DNA of 64,000 nt. Origin: an uncultured Verrucomicrobiae bacterium. GTDB lineage: Bacteria; Verrucomicrobiota; Verrucomicrobiia; Chthoniobacterales; UBA10450. A model generated the notes under the pieces. It did no database searches. It was not told the origin of the DNA and worked only from the letters and a program-made list of their open reading frames with translations. The stretch spans positions 640,001 to 704,000 of the forward strand of contig CAVYXA010000001.1 in assembly GCA_963772365.1 (NCBI GenBank), given 5' to 3'. Both the position numbers and the translations under genes were made by a program. Shown piece by piece: positions 10,407 to 21,272 of the stretch (positions are counted from its first letter, which is position 1; each line of letters opens with the position of its first letter).

Positions 10407-12539
10407 CTATTTCGCCTTGAACTCCTCGACAGCGTTCCACGCTTCATCGGGCGGCTGCTGTTCGTAGGCCAGAACGCGTTCCAGATATATCTTTGCCAGG
10501 AAATCATCGGGATAAAACTCGAGGAAGCGCGAGAAGAGGATTTTGGCCTGTTTGAAATCGCGGCTCCGGAATCTGCTAAGCGCTTCTTCATACGTCTCCA
10601 GCCATTTCAACAATTCAGGATCGACATTGTCTTTGCGGGAGCCAATCAGCGTAAAAATATCCACGGGCTGGGTTTTTCCCTTCACTTGGGCTCGTGCGAC
10701 CGACCGCAAATGAAATTCATCCCGCACGTGTTCCGCCACGCTCTGGCCTAACAGAATGTCTACTCCATAAATGCGGGTCAGCCCTTCCAAACGCGAGGCG
10801 AGATTAACCGCATCGCCGATCACGGTCGGATCGAGCCGTTCGTGCGGCGCGTAAGAACCGATATTGCCGATCACAGCTTCTCCTTGATTGATGCCAATTC
10901 CCATCGCGAGATTGTTGATTCCCTCTGCTCGCCAGGCAACGTTAAGTTGGCCTAATGCTCTGCGCATAGCGAGTGCAGCGCGCACAGCCGATTTCGTATC
11001 CTCTGCAACGCCCCGGCTGCTTACGTTTCCCCAAACGGCCATGATGGCGTCGCCAATGAATTTGTCGAGGGTGCCGCCGTTTTCGAAAACCGCCGGCACC
11101 ATGCAGCTCAGATATTTGTTGAGTTGTTTTACCAGCGCAACGGGATCGGCCTTTTCCGATATGGTAGTGAAACCAACCAAATCGGAAAAGAGCACAGTCA
11201 CGGGCTTGCGCGTCCCGAGCATCGAACTGTAGAAGCCACCCGGGTTTTCCAGAATCTCTTTCACCAGGTTTTTTGACACGTAACGTTCGAGCGTCCTACG
11301 GGTGCGGAGTTTCTCCACTCTTTCCAAAGTGTACTCGAAGGCCTGGGCAAAACCTCCGCCCAGAAACAACGTCGCCAGTGTGGGGACGGTCAGCAGCAGA
11401 AGACCCCATTGATCGTAAACGACGCGCGCGGTGCCGAGATAGGCGGCGCTAATTCCAACCAAAAGGGCTGCGGAAAGAAAAGCGCGGCGGATGAAGCCGA
11501 CCAACACCCACGCCAGCAGTCCGGCAATAGCAATTGAGGTAAAATTAGCTGCTCTCGAAGTAGTGTGTAAAAAATCGTGGCCGAGCGCGGCGGCGATGGA
11601 TTGTAAATGTAGCGCGGGCCCAGGCGTCTCCGGACTGATCGGAGTATCGACGATGTCGTGCTGGACTTGGGCCGACGAACCCACGATTACGACTTTGTTC
11701 CTGAAAAATTTTCCGCTGCCGTAATTGGCGCGCCACGTTGCCGGATCGAACACCTCCCATAGCGGATGCGGCAAATAGGCATTTTGCGCACTAAATCGAA
11801 TCATGTGCGGACGCAGGTCCCGCGGAACCGCTTCGCCATGCCCGAGTTTCGCTAGCGAACGCGCGCTAAGCGATTGATACGGCTTCTCTCCGGCACTGAC
11901 CGGTTGAAGCGCAAGTTGCATGTCCGTCATCGTGTAACGGACCGAGCGAACCTTCTGATCGAGTCTGTCGCTAAAAAAAACCACGTAGCCAACGCGGTCA
12001 TCGTACATTTGAGGAGGTGAAATGAGCGAACTGTTAGGCGCAACCTCTACAGCCGCGCCGCCATTTTCATGGATGTTTGAGAAATCAAAGTTTGCCCCGA
12101 TTACGACCTTGTCGCGGTATCGATCGAGGGCAGCGCGAAAAGCCGGATCACCGTCGCTAGGATGATCAAAAATCATATCGAAGATCACGAGGCGCGCGCC
12201 GGCTTGGAACAAGCGATCCAGCAATATGGCCCAGATCTCCCGTGACCACGGGAACGGCCGTTCCAACATTAACTGAAAGGCTCGGTTCTTCGGAACGTCT
12301 GCGGGATCGAACGGTTGGAACGAAAGCGTGCTCTGATCGATGCCGAGGAAAACGAAATCATCATGCGTCCTGGTTTTCCTACCCTCCCGGCGGAGCACGT
12401 CTTCGGACCATTGTTGCCCTCGCCAGACCCAGGAGAGAAACGGAACCTGGGGCGTGAAATGAAGGGCGATCACAAGCAGGGTCCAAAAAAGACAGATCCC
12501 GCCGAGGATCGACAATCGATGCCGGCCCAGCCAATGCAT
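10407..12539 (-). CDS. CHASE2-domain class III adenylate/guanylate cyclase
   Basis: CHASE2 motifs (FPWSR, FDMIF, VVIVG, TP...PG), three TM helices, and cyclase motifs FSDLVGFT, KFIGDAIMA, GDAVNLASRLE. Confidence 0.92.
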   Translation of the reverse strand: MHWLGRHRLSILGGICLFWTLLVIALHFTPQVPFLSWVWRGQQWSEDVLRREGRKTRTHDDFVFLGIDQSTLSFQPFDPADVPKNRAFQLMLERPFPWSREIWAILLDRLFQAGARLVIFDMIFDHPSDGDPAFRAALDRYRDKVVIGANFDFSNIHENGGAAVEVAPNSSLISPPQMYDDRVGYVVFFSDRLDQKVRSVRYTMTDMQLALQPVSAGEKPYQSLSARSLAKLGHGEAVPRDLRPHMIRFSAQNAYLPHPLWEVFDPATWRANYGSGKFFRNKVVIVGSSAQVQHDIVDTPISPETPGPALHLQSIAAALGHDFLHTTSRAANFTSIAIAGLLAWVLVGFIRRAFLSAALLVGISAAYLGTARVVYDQWGLLLLTVPTLATLFLGGGFAQAFEYTLERVEKLRTRRTLERYVSKNLVKEILENPGGFYSSMLGTRKPVTVLFSDLVGFTTISEKADPVALVKQLNKYLSCMVPAVFENGGTLDKFIGDAIMAVWGNVSSRGVAEDTKSAVRAALAMRRALGQLNVAWRAEGINNLAMGIGINQGEAVIGNIGSYAPHERLDPTVIGDAVNLASRLEGLTRIYGVDILLGQSVAEHVRDEFHLRSVARAQVKGKTQPVDIFTLIGSRKDNVDPELLKWLETYEEALSRFRSRDFKQAKILFSRFLEFYPDDFLAKIYLERVLAYEQQPPDEAWNAVEEFKAK

Positions 12540-12547
12540 CGAGAAAT

Positions 12548-13561
12548 TTACAGGGAACGCCCGATCGCGCCAGCAACCGCCCGCAAGCGCGGGACAAGAT
12601 CGGACAGGATATCGGGAGTGAGCGCCTGTTCCCCGTCGCTCTTGGCCAACTCAGGCGAATCGTGTACCTCAATCATTAGCGCGTCGGCGCCAGCTGCGAT
12701 TGCAGCCAGCGACATCTGGGGAACGAACTCTCGTAGCCCGAGCGCGTGGGTAGGATCGACAATCACGGGCAGATGCGTTTTGGCTTTCAAAAGAGGGACA
12801 GCGCTAAGATCCAGCGTGTAACGCGTGGCAGTTTCGAAAGTGCGAATACCGCGTTCGCACAGAAGCACATTCATGTTGCCTTCGTTCAGAATATATTCTG
12901 CGCTCATTATCAGCTCGTTAATGGTGGCGCTAAATCCGCGCTTGAGCAGCACCGGCAACCGGCTTCGGCCTAATTCCTTCAAGAGCGAGAAGTTTTGCAT
13001 GTTGCGCGTCCCGACTTGGAGACAATCTGCGTACTTTTCGATGATCGGAAGGTCACGCGCATCCATGATTTCCGTGATGACCGGCAGACCGGTTTCGGCA
13101 CGCGCTTCGGCCAAAAAATGAAGGCCTTCTTCGCGCAAACCTTGAAAGCTGTAAGGCGAGGTTCGAGGCTTGAATGCGCCGCCGCGCAGAATGCTTGCGC
13201 CCGATTGCTTTACAATCCGGGCAATCGACAAGATCTGATCGCTGCTCTCCACCGAGCACGGTCCGGAGATCAGGACGACATTTTCATTTTCGCCGATGGC
13301 TACATCGCCAACTTTCACTGTCGATGGACTGCGGGAATCGCGAGAGGCGAGCTTGTATGGCTTCATCACGGGCACGACTGCCTCGACCCCGGGCAGGGCG
13401 GCGAGTGGCTTTTCACGGAGAAGACCTTCCGGTCCGATTACTCCAATGATCACTCGCGAGGCACCGCGGTTGATTTGCGCGTCGAGGCCGAGTTCACGCA
13501 CTCGCGCCACGATTCGGTTGATCTGGGCCTCGGTGGCGTTGGGTTGCGTAATGACGATCAT
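12548..13561 (-). CDS. aroF: DAHP synthase, class I-beta, with N-terminal regulatory domain
   Basis: [37 protein letters not shown] and DPTH motifs. Confidence 0.95.
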   Translation of the reverse strand: MIVITQPNATEAQINRIVARVRELGLDAQINRGASRVIIGVIGPEGLLREKPLAALPGVEAVVPVMKPYKLASRDSRSPSTVKVGDVAIGENENVVLISGPCSVESSDQILSIARIVKQSGASILRGGAFKPRTSPYSFQGLREEGLHFLAEARAETGLPVITEIMDARDLPIIEKYADCLQVGTRNMQNFSLLKELGRSRLPVLLKRGFSATINELIMSAEYILNEGNMNVLLCERGIRTFETATRYTLDLSAVPLLKAKTHLPVIVDPTHALGLREFVPQMSLAAIAAGADALMIEVHDSPELAKSDGEQALTPDILSDLVPRLRAVAGAIGRSL

Positions 13562-13658
13562 ATGACTCGACTACCGCCTCTGAGAATGACGCCTGGAAGA
13601 TTGTTCTGCAAGCCAAGATGCGTCTCGAACTCCGACCATCTTGTCACAACAGGCGAGG

Positions 13659-14267
13659 CTAATCCGTAACAGTCACCGGCGTGCCGGTTGAGACCGACTT
13701 GAAAAAATCCTGCGCCATGAATTCTGGCATTCGAATGCACCCATGCGAAGCGGGATAGCCCGGTAGATAGCCGGCATGTAAACCGATGCCTTGCGTGATT
13801 CGCATGAAATATGGCATCGGTGCACCCTTAAAATGTGTGCCAGGGGGTTTGGGATCTTTCGCAACATCGACATTTCGCACAACCACATTTCCCGCCGCAT
13901 CCACATAATCACCGTAGAGGCTCGAGACGTGGTTTATATCCTTCTGAATGACCGAGAAGCGTCCGTGCGGCGTGTTTAAACCTTCACGGCCGGTCGACAG
14001 CTGCGAGATACCGACTAAAAGCCCATTCTTGTAAAAATAAGCACGCTGTTCGCGCAGGCTGATTTTGATCGATGGTTTGCCCCCGATGCCGTCTCCGTCC
14101 CAATAGGAAACATTGTCAAACGGTGGACGAGCAGTCGCAGCGCTGTAATCGCCGCCCAAATATTGGGTATCGGTGGAAAAGCGAGGATCTTCCGCGCACC
14201 CAGTCATAAGAAGAGCCAAGATGCCGAATAAACCCGAGGCCGGAATGAGATAAGACGGACGGAGCAT
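13659..14267 (-). CDS. L,D-transpeptidase family lipoprotein
   Basis: Lipobox-like LLMTGC; STG..TP.G.F; MPYFMR..GIGLHAG..PGYPASHGCIRM. Confidence 0.9.
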   Translation of the reverse strand: MLRPSYLIPASGLFGILALLMTGCAEDPRFSTDTQYLGGDYSAATARPPFDNVSYWDGDGIGGKPSIKISLREQRAYFYKNGLLVGISQLSTGREGLNTPHGRFSVIQKDINHVSSLYGDYVDAAGNVVVRNVDVAKDPKPPGTHFKGAPMPYFMRITQGIGLHAGYLPGYPASHGCIRMPEFMAQDFFKSVSTGTPVTVTD

Positions 14268-14452
14268 AAGAATTGTTTGGAAGAGTTCCAAATATGTGTT
14301 TGCAAGCCAAAGTCAAGCCACACCAGTTCGACCCACGACGGAAGAATTTTAAGCTAAAACCTCTATTCTGCACGCCGCTTGCTTCGGCTTGAATTGTGCT
14401 TGGCTTGATGCAGACTTCCCGCCGCCTCACTGCGGCATCCATCCTATTCAAT

Positions 14453-14803
14453 ATGCCCACTTACGAGTATTCCTGCCTGAAGTGTGGCCAGAATTTCGAA
14501 GCCTTCCAATCGATGAAGGCAAAGCCGTTCCGGGAGTGCCCAAAGGAGCTTTGCCGGATGTCGAAATGGGGTCATGGGAAGGTGAAACGTCTGCTCGGTA
14601 CTGGCGCAGGCCTGATTTTCAAAGGATCTGGCTTCTACATCACGGATTATCGTAGCGATTCCTACAAACAAGCCGCCAAAAAAGAGACACCATCGACAAC
14701 CGGCGGTGGCGAAAAATCGACTCCCGCCAAGCAAGCTAGCGGCGAGACCGGCTCCGCAAAACCGATAAAAGCAAAAAAGGACTCATGCAAGCAATCAAGC
14801 TGA
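14453..14803 (+). CDS. FmdB-family zinc-ribbon protein
   Basis: MPTYEYSCLKCG..FE..QSM and FKGSGFYITDY motifs. Confidence 0.9.
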   Translation: MPTYEYSCLKCGQNFEAFQSMKAKPFRECPKELCRMSKWGHGKVKRLLGTGAGLIFKGSGFYITDYRSDSYKQAAKKETPSTTGGGEKSTPAKQASGETGSAKPIKAKKDSCKQSS

Positions 14804-15537
14804 TTTGTCCTGAGTGCCAGCGCGAGAACGAGCCGGAGCGAATCTACTGTCACGATTGCGGAGCGCGGCTCGACCGTTCTGCGTCTGCCTCGCGGGTGGC
14901 GCCGAAGGAGACATTAAAGCAAACCCAACGCCGTGTTCGGCACTTGTTTGACCCGACCAGCGCGCGAATTCGCTATGCGCTCATTCGTTTTGGCAAAGTG
15001 CTTGGAGGCGCATTTGCTCTGGCCTTAGTGGTGCAAATGATTTCGCCTCCAGATTCTCTCCCACCGACAAAGGACGGTCTCGGCGTTTCGCAGATGAGCT
15101 TGGAACTTGAGGACGCCATCAATTACCATCGCCCGGCTCAGTTACAATATTCCGAGGAACAGGCCGATGAGCACTTGCGCTCTGCTCTTAAGACAAAGCA
15201 ATCGATGTTAAATAAGCCGTTTCTCGAATTCAAACGCGCGTTGGCTGAATTCCGGAACGGCCTCTTTTCAATCACCGTAGAACGATCGCTTTTTGGCTAC
15301 TCACTCTACACCAAATCCAGTTACGCGGTGCAAGTGGCAAACGGGAAAACGACAATCTCGAATAAGGGCGGAAGCATTGGCCGCTTGCCAATTCACCCGC
15401 TTATTATGAAGCACACGGACCTGATTTTTGAGGATGTCTGGTCGGCTCTGGATCGGGATCGGAAATTAGTAGCCAAAATGGGCGCGATCGAATTTCACGA
15501 TAAAGCGGTGACTTTGATTACACCGCCCGTCCGCTAG
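14785..15537 (+). CDS. Zinc-ribbon membrane protein of unknown function
   Basis: N-terminal CPECQREN....IYCHDCGARL, followed by one TM segment. Confidence 0.75.
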   Translation: MQAIKLICPECQRENEPERIYCHDCGARLDRSASASRVAPKETLKQTQRRVRHLFDPTSARIRYALIRFGKVLGGAFALALVVQMISPPDSLPPTKDGLGVSQMSLELEDAINYHRPAQLQYSEEQADEHLRSALKTKQSMLNKPFLEFKRALAEFRNGLFSITVERSLFGYSLYTKSSYAVQVANGKTTISNKGGSIGRLPIHPLIMKHTDLIFEDVWSALDRDRKLVAKMGAIEFHDKAVTLITPPVR

Positions 15538-15613
15538 CTTCGGTTCGACCGGCAGGCCCGCCCGTCAGCCCTTCGCGGGCCCGCCGATCATACCAACCGA
15601 ATCTTTTGATTGC

Positions 15614-16135
15614 CTAACGCAGGCCGAGATCGGCCAAAAGCGGGTCATCGATCACACCGTTCACTCGAAGGTCGTGATTTCGTTCGTAATTACGAATTGC
15701 AGACCGGGCTCGAGGTCCCGCAATTCCATCAATCGCGCCATGGTAATATCCTCCGTCAGCAAGCCGACTCTGCACTTCTGCGACTAACGAATCGTCATAA
15801 ACATATTCCGGTCGCCCATAATAATAATAGGCATAGGGATACGAGCCCCAATATGGATACCCGTATGAATACGAGTAGGGATAATAGCCGTAATAGGGGA
15901 ATCCGCCGTAAAACACAAATGAGCTTCCGCCGTGGAACCGATGATGGCGCCAATGACTCGCCGAGCGCCACGTATGGCCAGATCGGGAATAACTGCGAGC
16001 CACGTGAGCCGCGCCCATCGTTTCGTGAAATCCAGTCGCAGTTCTCGATCCATGTCGCGACCCAGCCATCCCTTGCGACGCAACTAGGGCTGCCGCAGCA
16101 ACGTAGCTCACAAAAACTGCTGACTTCGTGATCAT
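15614..16135 (-). CDS. Secreted Tyr/Gly-rich PG_binding_1 protein
   Basis: SD GGAAAGGAG; signal peptide; YG-rich linker; VQSRLADGGYYHGAIDGIAGPRARSAIRNYE. Confidence 0.85.
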   Translation of the reverse strand: MITKSAVFVSYVAAAALVASQGMAGSRHGSRTATGFHETMGAAHVARSYSRSGHTWRSASHWRHHRFHGGSSFVFYGGFPYYGYYPYSYSYGYPYWGSYPYAYYYYGRPEYVYDDSLVAEVQSRLADGGYYHGAIDGIAGPRARSAIRNYERNHDLRVNGVIDDPLLADLGLR

Positions 16136-16230
16136 ACACTCCTTTCCATTTCTTGATTCAACACCCGTAATCGATCCGGGTTGCGCGTTGTGCTGGTCAA
16201 GTATCCGCAACAGTGGATATCATGATCTCA

Positions 16231-17505
16231 ATGAAGAAATTGAACCAGTGCGCATTGGCCGCATTGTCGATCTTCGTTTTTCAATCTGTTGAGGCCGCTT
16301 TTCCCGAGCACAGTATGAGCCCCTCGCGTCAGTTTGTTGTTTATGGCGCAGATGCCTCTGTGCGGGGAATCGTTTCCAATGCCGGCGAGAGGATAAAGGC
16401 AAACCTGCTCGATATTTTACATGCCCCGGATTCATGGAAGACGCCGATCATCATTAATTTGCAGCCGGCTGAGGCAAATCTGCCCGAAATGCCACCAGCT
16501 CAGCTGCATTTCGGCCAGACCGGATTCGGTCTCAAACTGCAACTTGATCTGGTTGGCAGCGGGGACCTTGATGCCGCATTAATCGAACGGGAACTGCTCC
16601 GTGCCGTTCTGCTGGAAATGATTTATCGAAGGAGAACGGATATCGCCCCGGGCACCGCTTACGTAGAACCGCCTGATTGGCTTCTAAGAGGTATCCTGTC
16701 GCTTACACCTGGGCGGGACAAAGGGCCATTGCTCGATGCGCTCGACGTCTCGGGTAAAACGATATCGCTGGAACACTTCTTACAACAGCGTTCGGCAGGT
16801 CTTGATTCGCAGGGACGGTTGCTCTATCAAGCCCACGCGTTTGCGCTGGTAAAGCTGCTGATTGATTCCGCCGACGGACGCCAGACACTGACTCGCTACA
16901 TCGAGGATCTTTCAACCGCCTCAAATGATCCCGTAGCCGAACTGAGGGCGCATTTTCCTGTTTTGCGCAAGGATTCAGAGGACGTTTGGCGATCAACACT
17001 GGATTTGATCTCGACTTCCGAAAAATACGAACTGCTTACCTTTGAAAAAACCAACAGCGAACTTGATTCCCTGTTGCGCTTGAAACTCGCAGGCGCGAAA
17101 AACGACACGATTGAACTGAAGGACTTGATCGAGAGAAGAGTTACCCGCTCGGAAAAACTTGCCCTCGATCGTCTCGGTCAGCAGTTGATGTTACTTGGAT
17201 GTCGCGGCAATCCGCTTATGCGCCCGGTTTTGCGGGAATATCAGCAAATCGCGGAGCTTCTCGGCGCTGGAAAACATCGAAAAATCGCAGAACGCCTGGC
17301 CGACATTGAAGTGACACGGACCAAGCTTGTAAGCCGCATGAACGAGATAGATGATTACCTGAATTGGTTTGAGGCCACTCAATCCAGAACTGCGAGCGGA
17401 ATGTTCACCGATTTCCTTAAGAGAGCAGCTGATCAGAGTACGCCGCCGCCTCGCCGGCGCGATGCAATCTCGGTTTACCTCGATTCGGTCGAAACGCAGT
17501 TTTAG
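16231..17505 (+). CDS. Secreted hypothetical protein
   Basis: Long ORF with a signal peptide (MKKLNQCALAALSIFVFQSVEA); no family recognised. Confidence 0.75.
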   Translation: MKKLNQCALAALSIFVFQSVEAAFPEHSMSPSRQFVVYGADASVRGIVSNAGERIKANLLDILHAPDSWKTPIIINLQPAEANLPEMPPAQLHFGQTGFGLKLQLDLVGSGDLDAALIERELLRAVLLEMIYRRRTDIAPGTAYVEPPDWLLRGILSLTPGRDKGPLLDALDVSGKTISLEHFLQQRSAGLDSQGRLLYQAHAFALVKLLIDSADGRQTLTRYIEDLSTASNDPVAELRAHFPVLRKDSEDVWRSTLDLISTSEKYELLTFEKTNSELDSLLRLKLAGAKNDTIELKDLIERRVTRSEKLALDRLGQQLMLLGCRGNPLMRPVLREYQQIAELLGAGKHRKIAERLADIEVTRTKLVSRMNEIDDYLNWFEATQSRTASGMFTDFLKRAADQSTPPPRRRDAISVYLDSVETQF

Positions 17506-17615
17506 CGGGCAGCCGCGCCGCACAGCTGTCGCGAAGCCACCCAACTTATCCCTGCTTTCCTTTGACCAATCTGGAAGGTTTGCCCTACCGTCATTAAAAA
17601 CTGAACCGCCGCCAC

Positions 17616-19514
17616 GTGCCCACTTCCCATCAATCTTCTGTCCCTGCTGAATCGCAACCTAACATTCTTCTAATTGAAGAATACGATGCGCTCGCCGCGG
17701 CAATCGGTGCGGCGCTGAAGAAATTCGCGCCACATCACGCTACTCGCGTGGCCAAATCGTTGGCTGATGCGGAAAGTTTGGCGCTCAACAACCAGTTCGA
17801 TCTTTTGATTATCGATTTCGATCCCTCTTTCTCCGGCTTGACTGCGTTTCTTCAAAAAATGCGCAAAACCCATTCGGAAGCGCGTGTGCTCGTAATCTCC
17901 ACCGGGGTGACCCCCGAAATTGCAACGGAGAGTGGATTCTTTGGTGCGCTCCAGTTCATTCCAAAGCCGTACGATGTGGCAGATTTTGGAACTGCAGTTC
18001 AGACACTGCTCGGCCAACCGGATTCAATTGGGTCAGCCGAATCTCGCGGAATGCTTCGTTCGTTAAACCTTCCTGATATTGTTGCGCTGCAATGTGCGGG
18101 CGAACGGACGGTAATCATCGACCTAAATGGGACCGGAGGCGATTCCGGAGTCGTGCACATTCTAAATGGACAAATCATCCATGCAGAAGTTGACGGCCAG
18201 ACGGGCCGGGATGCATTGGAGGCAATGTTCGCCTGGGCGAACCCGCGCTTGCGTGAAACGCCACAGCGAATTTCCACACCGCGAACAATCCACGGACCGT
18301 GGGTTAACATCTTTCTTGAAACATGTCGCAACTCCAAGCCCGCTGAGAAGATATCCGACGAAAAGCAGCGACCGAAGACCGGCAAGAAGATTGTCATCGT
18401 CGATGACACCGAAATGTTGCTCGTCTTCGTCGAAGATGTGCTGACGACCGCTGATCAGGAATTGCAGATCACAAAAGCAAGAAACGGCACGGACGCGCTT
18501 GAACAGATCAGGGGCGTGATGCCCGATGTAGTTTTGCTCGATTACAGCCTACCCGATATTAATGGAGATGAAGTTTGCCTCCGGCTGCTGCAAGACGAAC
18601 AAACGTCCCGAATCCCGGTCCTGATGATGTCGGGTCACGTCGCGGAAATGAGCGCGGCAGCGGCTCATTACGAGAACATTTTTGATACGCTTGAAAAGCC
18701 CTTTCTCTCCAATGCGCTCGTCGAGGTTGTGCAACGGCTATTGTCAGCAGGCGCGCACCCGGTGAAGAAAAAGGTAATCGAACCTCCTGCTCCCAGTAGA
18801 CTGACTCAGCCCCCGCAAGAAAAACAGGAATTACCGAAGTCAGTGGAAAGGGCTCTTCCTTCCATTCCGGTTGGGGCGCCGCTTCCTGCCGAAACAGTCG
18901 CTCGACCCGCAATCCCTCAGCAAGGTCGCATCATTTCCGCACCAATTGCTTCGGGCGAACCAAATGAAGTCGTGCTCCGCTTGTTTCTGGAAGTGCTGTC
19001 GATGCAGCTCACGCCGCAGCTTCGAATGGGAACCATCCGGGCCCGACCAGCCTCCTCCACGGTCTCCCTGCATTTTGTATCTACCGCAGCTCAAAATGCC
19101 CTCCCCACCGACATTGGTTTTCAACTCGGCGCGACTGAACTCGACGAGCAAGGGCGACTTGCCATCGTGCGATTGATTCCGACCGCAAAACCATTTCATC
19201 CGGCCGAAATGCGAAGCGCGTTCGAGATCGGCGGGGTTGCTCTTGTCCCGGGGGAAACGCGGACACGCGTCCAGCTTACGCCGGCTGGGACAACTCCAAT
19301 GATCATGGAACTTTGCGCTCGGCTCGAGCTGGGCGGCGTCGCTCTATCCTCCACGTTTCAAGTTTCCCACTTAATCTTAAAGTGGCGCACTTCTACAGTG
19401 CGCATCACGCTGGATCCAAAAGCGCGGGAGCAAACTGGCGCAGCCTTTCACGCTGCCGTAAAGCTAAATCATCTCGGCCGGATTGCGGAACTCGTGCTCA
19501 ATCCAATCAAATAG
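17616..19514 (+). CDS. Multi-domain response regulator (REC - DUF4388-like - REC - unknown C-terminal domain)
   Basis: ILLIEE..LLIID..KP; LRSLNLPDIVAL..G..GQIIHA; IVIVDD..LLDYSLPDING..MSG..KPF. Confidence 0.82.
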   Translation: MPTSHQSSVPAESQPNILLIEEYDALAAAIGAALKKFAPHHATRVAKSLADAESLALNNQFDLLIIDFDPSFSGLTAFLQKMRKTHSEARVLVISTGVTPEIATESGFFGALQFIPKPYDVADFGTAVQTLLGQPDSIGSAESRGMLRSLNLPDIVALQCAGERTVIIDLNGTGGDSGVVHILNGQIIHAEVDGQTGRDALEAMFAWANPRLRETPQRISTPRTIHGPWVNIFLETCRNSKPAEKISDEKQRPKTGKKIVIVDDTEMLLVFVEDVLTTADQELQITKARNGTDALEQIRGVMPDVVLLDYSLPDINGDEVCLRLLQDEQTSRIPVLMMSGHVAEMSAAAAHYENIFDTLEKPFLSNALVEVVQRLLSAGAHPVKKKVIEPPAPSRLTQPPQEKQELPKSVERALPSIPVGAPLPAETVARPAIPQQGRIISAPIASGEPNEVVLRLFLEVLSMQLTPQLRMGTIRARPASSTVSLHFVSTAAQNALPTDIGFQLGATELDEQGRLAIVRLIPTAKPFHPAEMRSAFEIGGVALVPGETRTRVQLTPAGTTPMIMELCARLELGGVALSSTFQVSHLILKWRTSTVRITLDPKAREQTGAAFHAAVKLNHLGRIAELVLNPIK

Positions 19515-19528
19515 CCTGATGCGATCGA

Positions 19529-20824
19529 TTACTCCAAGCCGAGCGCCTTGAAAGTTTCATCGACATGTTGAAAATGGATGTCGAGAGAGCAAAGCCGATC
19601 GATTTCCGAGGTTGAAAGCTTCGCCGCAATTTCCGGTTCCCCCTTGGCATTTTCTGCGAATGTCCCCTCGCCTTTCCAAGTTTTCATGGCTGCACGCTGC
19701 ACAGCTTCGTAGGCCGTCTTTCGCTCAACTCCTGCGCGGGTGAGAGCAAGCAAGATCGACTGGCTGAAATAAAGTCCCTTGGTAAGGCCTAGGTTTTCCG
19801 CCATCCGCTCGGGATAAACCAGCAATTTTTCGACGATGTCGTGCAATTTGGAGAGCATGTAGTCGAGCAGGATACAGGAATCCGGCAGAATAATTCGTTC
19901 CGCGCTCGAGTGGCTAATATCGCGTTCATGCCAAAGGGCGACATTTTCCAGCGCCACAATACAATTGCCCCGAATTACCCGGGCCAGCCCACTTAGGCGT
20001 TCGCTTAGGATCGGGTTACGCTTGTGCGGCATCGCCGAGCTGCCCTTTTGTCCTTCGCCGAAAAATTCTTCCACTTCAAGAACCTCGGTCCGCTGAAGAT
20101 GTCGGAATTCCGTCGCCCAACGATCAATGCTGGATGCGATTACGGCCAATGTGGTCATGAATTCGGCGTGACGATCACGCTGCACAATTTGGGTGGAAAG
20201 CGTTGCCGGTTTCAAGCCAAGCCTCTCACACACGCTTCGTTCAATTGCCGGATCGAGATGGGCATGCGTTCCTACTGCGCCGCTTAGCTTGCCAACTCGA
20301 ATCCGCTCCAGGGTCTGCGTCAGGCATTCAATAGCCCGGCCAAATTCATCGAACATTAGGGCCAGCTTCAGTCCAAACGTGATCGGTTCGGCATGAACGC
20401 CGTGACTGCGTCCGATCATCGGCGTCATTTTAAAACGGCGCGCCTGCTTTGCGATTGCGGATCTTAGTGTCTCCAGATCTGCGAGCAGAATTCCCGCCGA
20501 TTCGGTCAGTTGCACCGCCAAAGTTGTATCCAGAATGTCCGATGACGTAAGTCCTTGATGAATCCATCGCGCTGCAGGCCCGACCGATTCCGCCACGTTC
20601 TCCAGAAACGCAATCACATCGTGATTTGTCCGTTTCTCAATCTCGGCGATTTCCGGAATCGAAAACCGAGCGCGTCTCCGAATTTCCGCGGCATCAGACT
20701 TTGGAATTTGGCCGAGATCGGCCATCGATTCACAGGCGAGCGTTTCGATCTCGAGCCAGATTTGAAATTTGCGCTCATCCGACCAAATCTGGCGCATCCG
20801 TGGCCGGGAATAGCGATCGATCAC
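19529..20824 (-). CDS. purB: Adenylosuccinate lyase
   Basis: IDRYSRP, HDVIAF, GLTSSD, GRSHGVHAEP and GSSAMPHKRNP motifs; GTG start at 20824. Confidence 0.97.
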   Translation of the reverse strand: MIDRYSRPRMRQIWSDERKFQIWLEIETLACESMADLGQIPKSDAAEIRRRARFSIPEIAEIEKRTNHDVIAFLENVAESVGPAARWIHQGLTSSDILDTTLAVQLTESAGILLADLETLRSAIAKQARRFKMTPMIGRSHGVHAEPITFGLKLALMFDEFGRAIECLTQTLERIRVGKLSGAVGTHAHLDPAIERSVCERLGLKPATLSTQIVQRDRHAEFMTTLAVIASSIDRWATEFRHLQRTEVLEVEEFFGEGQKGSSAMPHKRNPILSERLSGLARVIRGNCIVALENVALWHERDISHSSAERIILPDSCILLDYMLSKLHDIVEKLLVYPERMAENLGLTKGLYFSQSILLALTRAGVERKTAYEAVQRAAMKTWKGEGTFAENAKGEPEIAAKLSTSEIDRLCSLDIHFQHVDETFKALGLE

Positions 20825-20948
20825 ATCACGAACATAAGAGTTTGCGGCAAAACCGAAAAGTCTTTTGTTGGTCGAATTGTTCGCAAAAAAAATCACTCCG
20901 GCGACAATTCACCGAAGCGACTTTGAAAGCCGTTTGTCGAATCCTAAC

Positions 20949-21131
20949 CTAGCAAACCCTCGCCCGCAGAAAACGCCCGTTGCTCTGAACGCGCACTTTC
21001 CCGCTGGCCAAGAGATCAGCCACAGCGGCGACAGTCTCCTTCGGGTTTTTTGCGCAAGAGCTTACGGCAAGAACCAAATCGCCGAGCGAAAGCTTGGGTC
21101 GGGTTTTCAGGATCAGATTATTCTTCTTCAT
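20949..21131 (-). CDS. Small hypothetical protein
   Basis: 60-aa ORF (LSLGDLVLAVSSCAKNPKETVAAVADLLASGKVRV) filling an intergenic gap. Confidence 0.55.
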   Translation of the reverse strand: MKKNNLILKTRPKLSLGDLVLAVSSCAKNPKETVAAVADLLASGKVRVQSNGRFLRARVC

Positions 21132-21272
21132 TGCTTGAGCTGTATTGACAGCAACTGTAGTGCCACTGTTCAATGTGAATAGTCTTCTATCGAGAATGGC
21201 GAGTTATTCGCGGTTTGTTAACGTCCGTAGTGTTCAGAATCTGAACAAATATGTTCGTTCTGTGAACATCTG

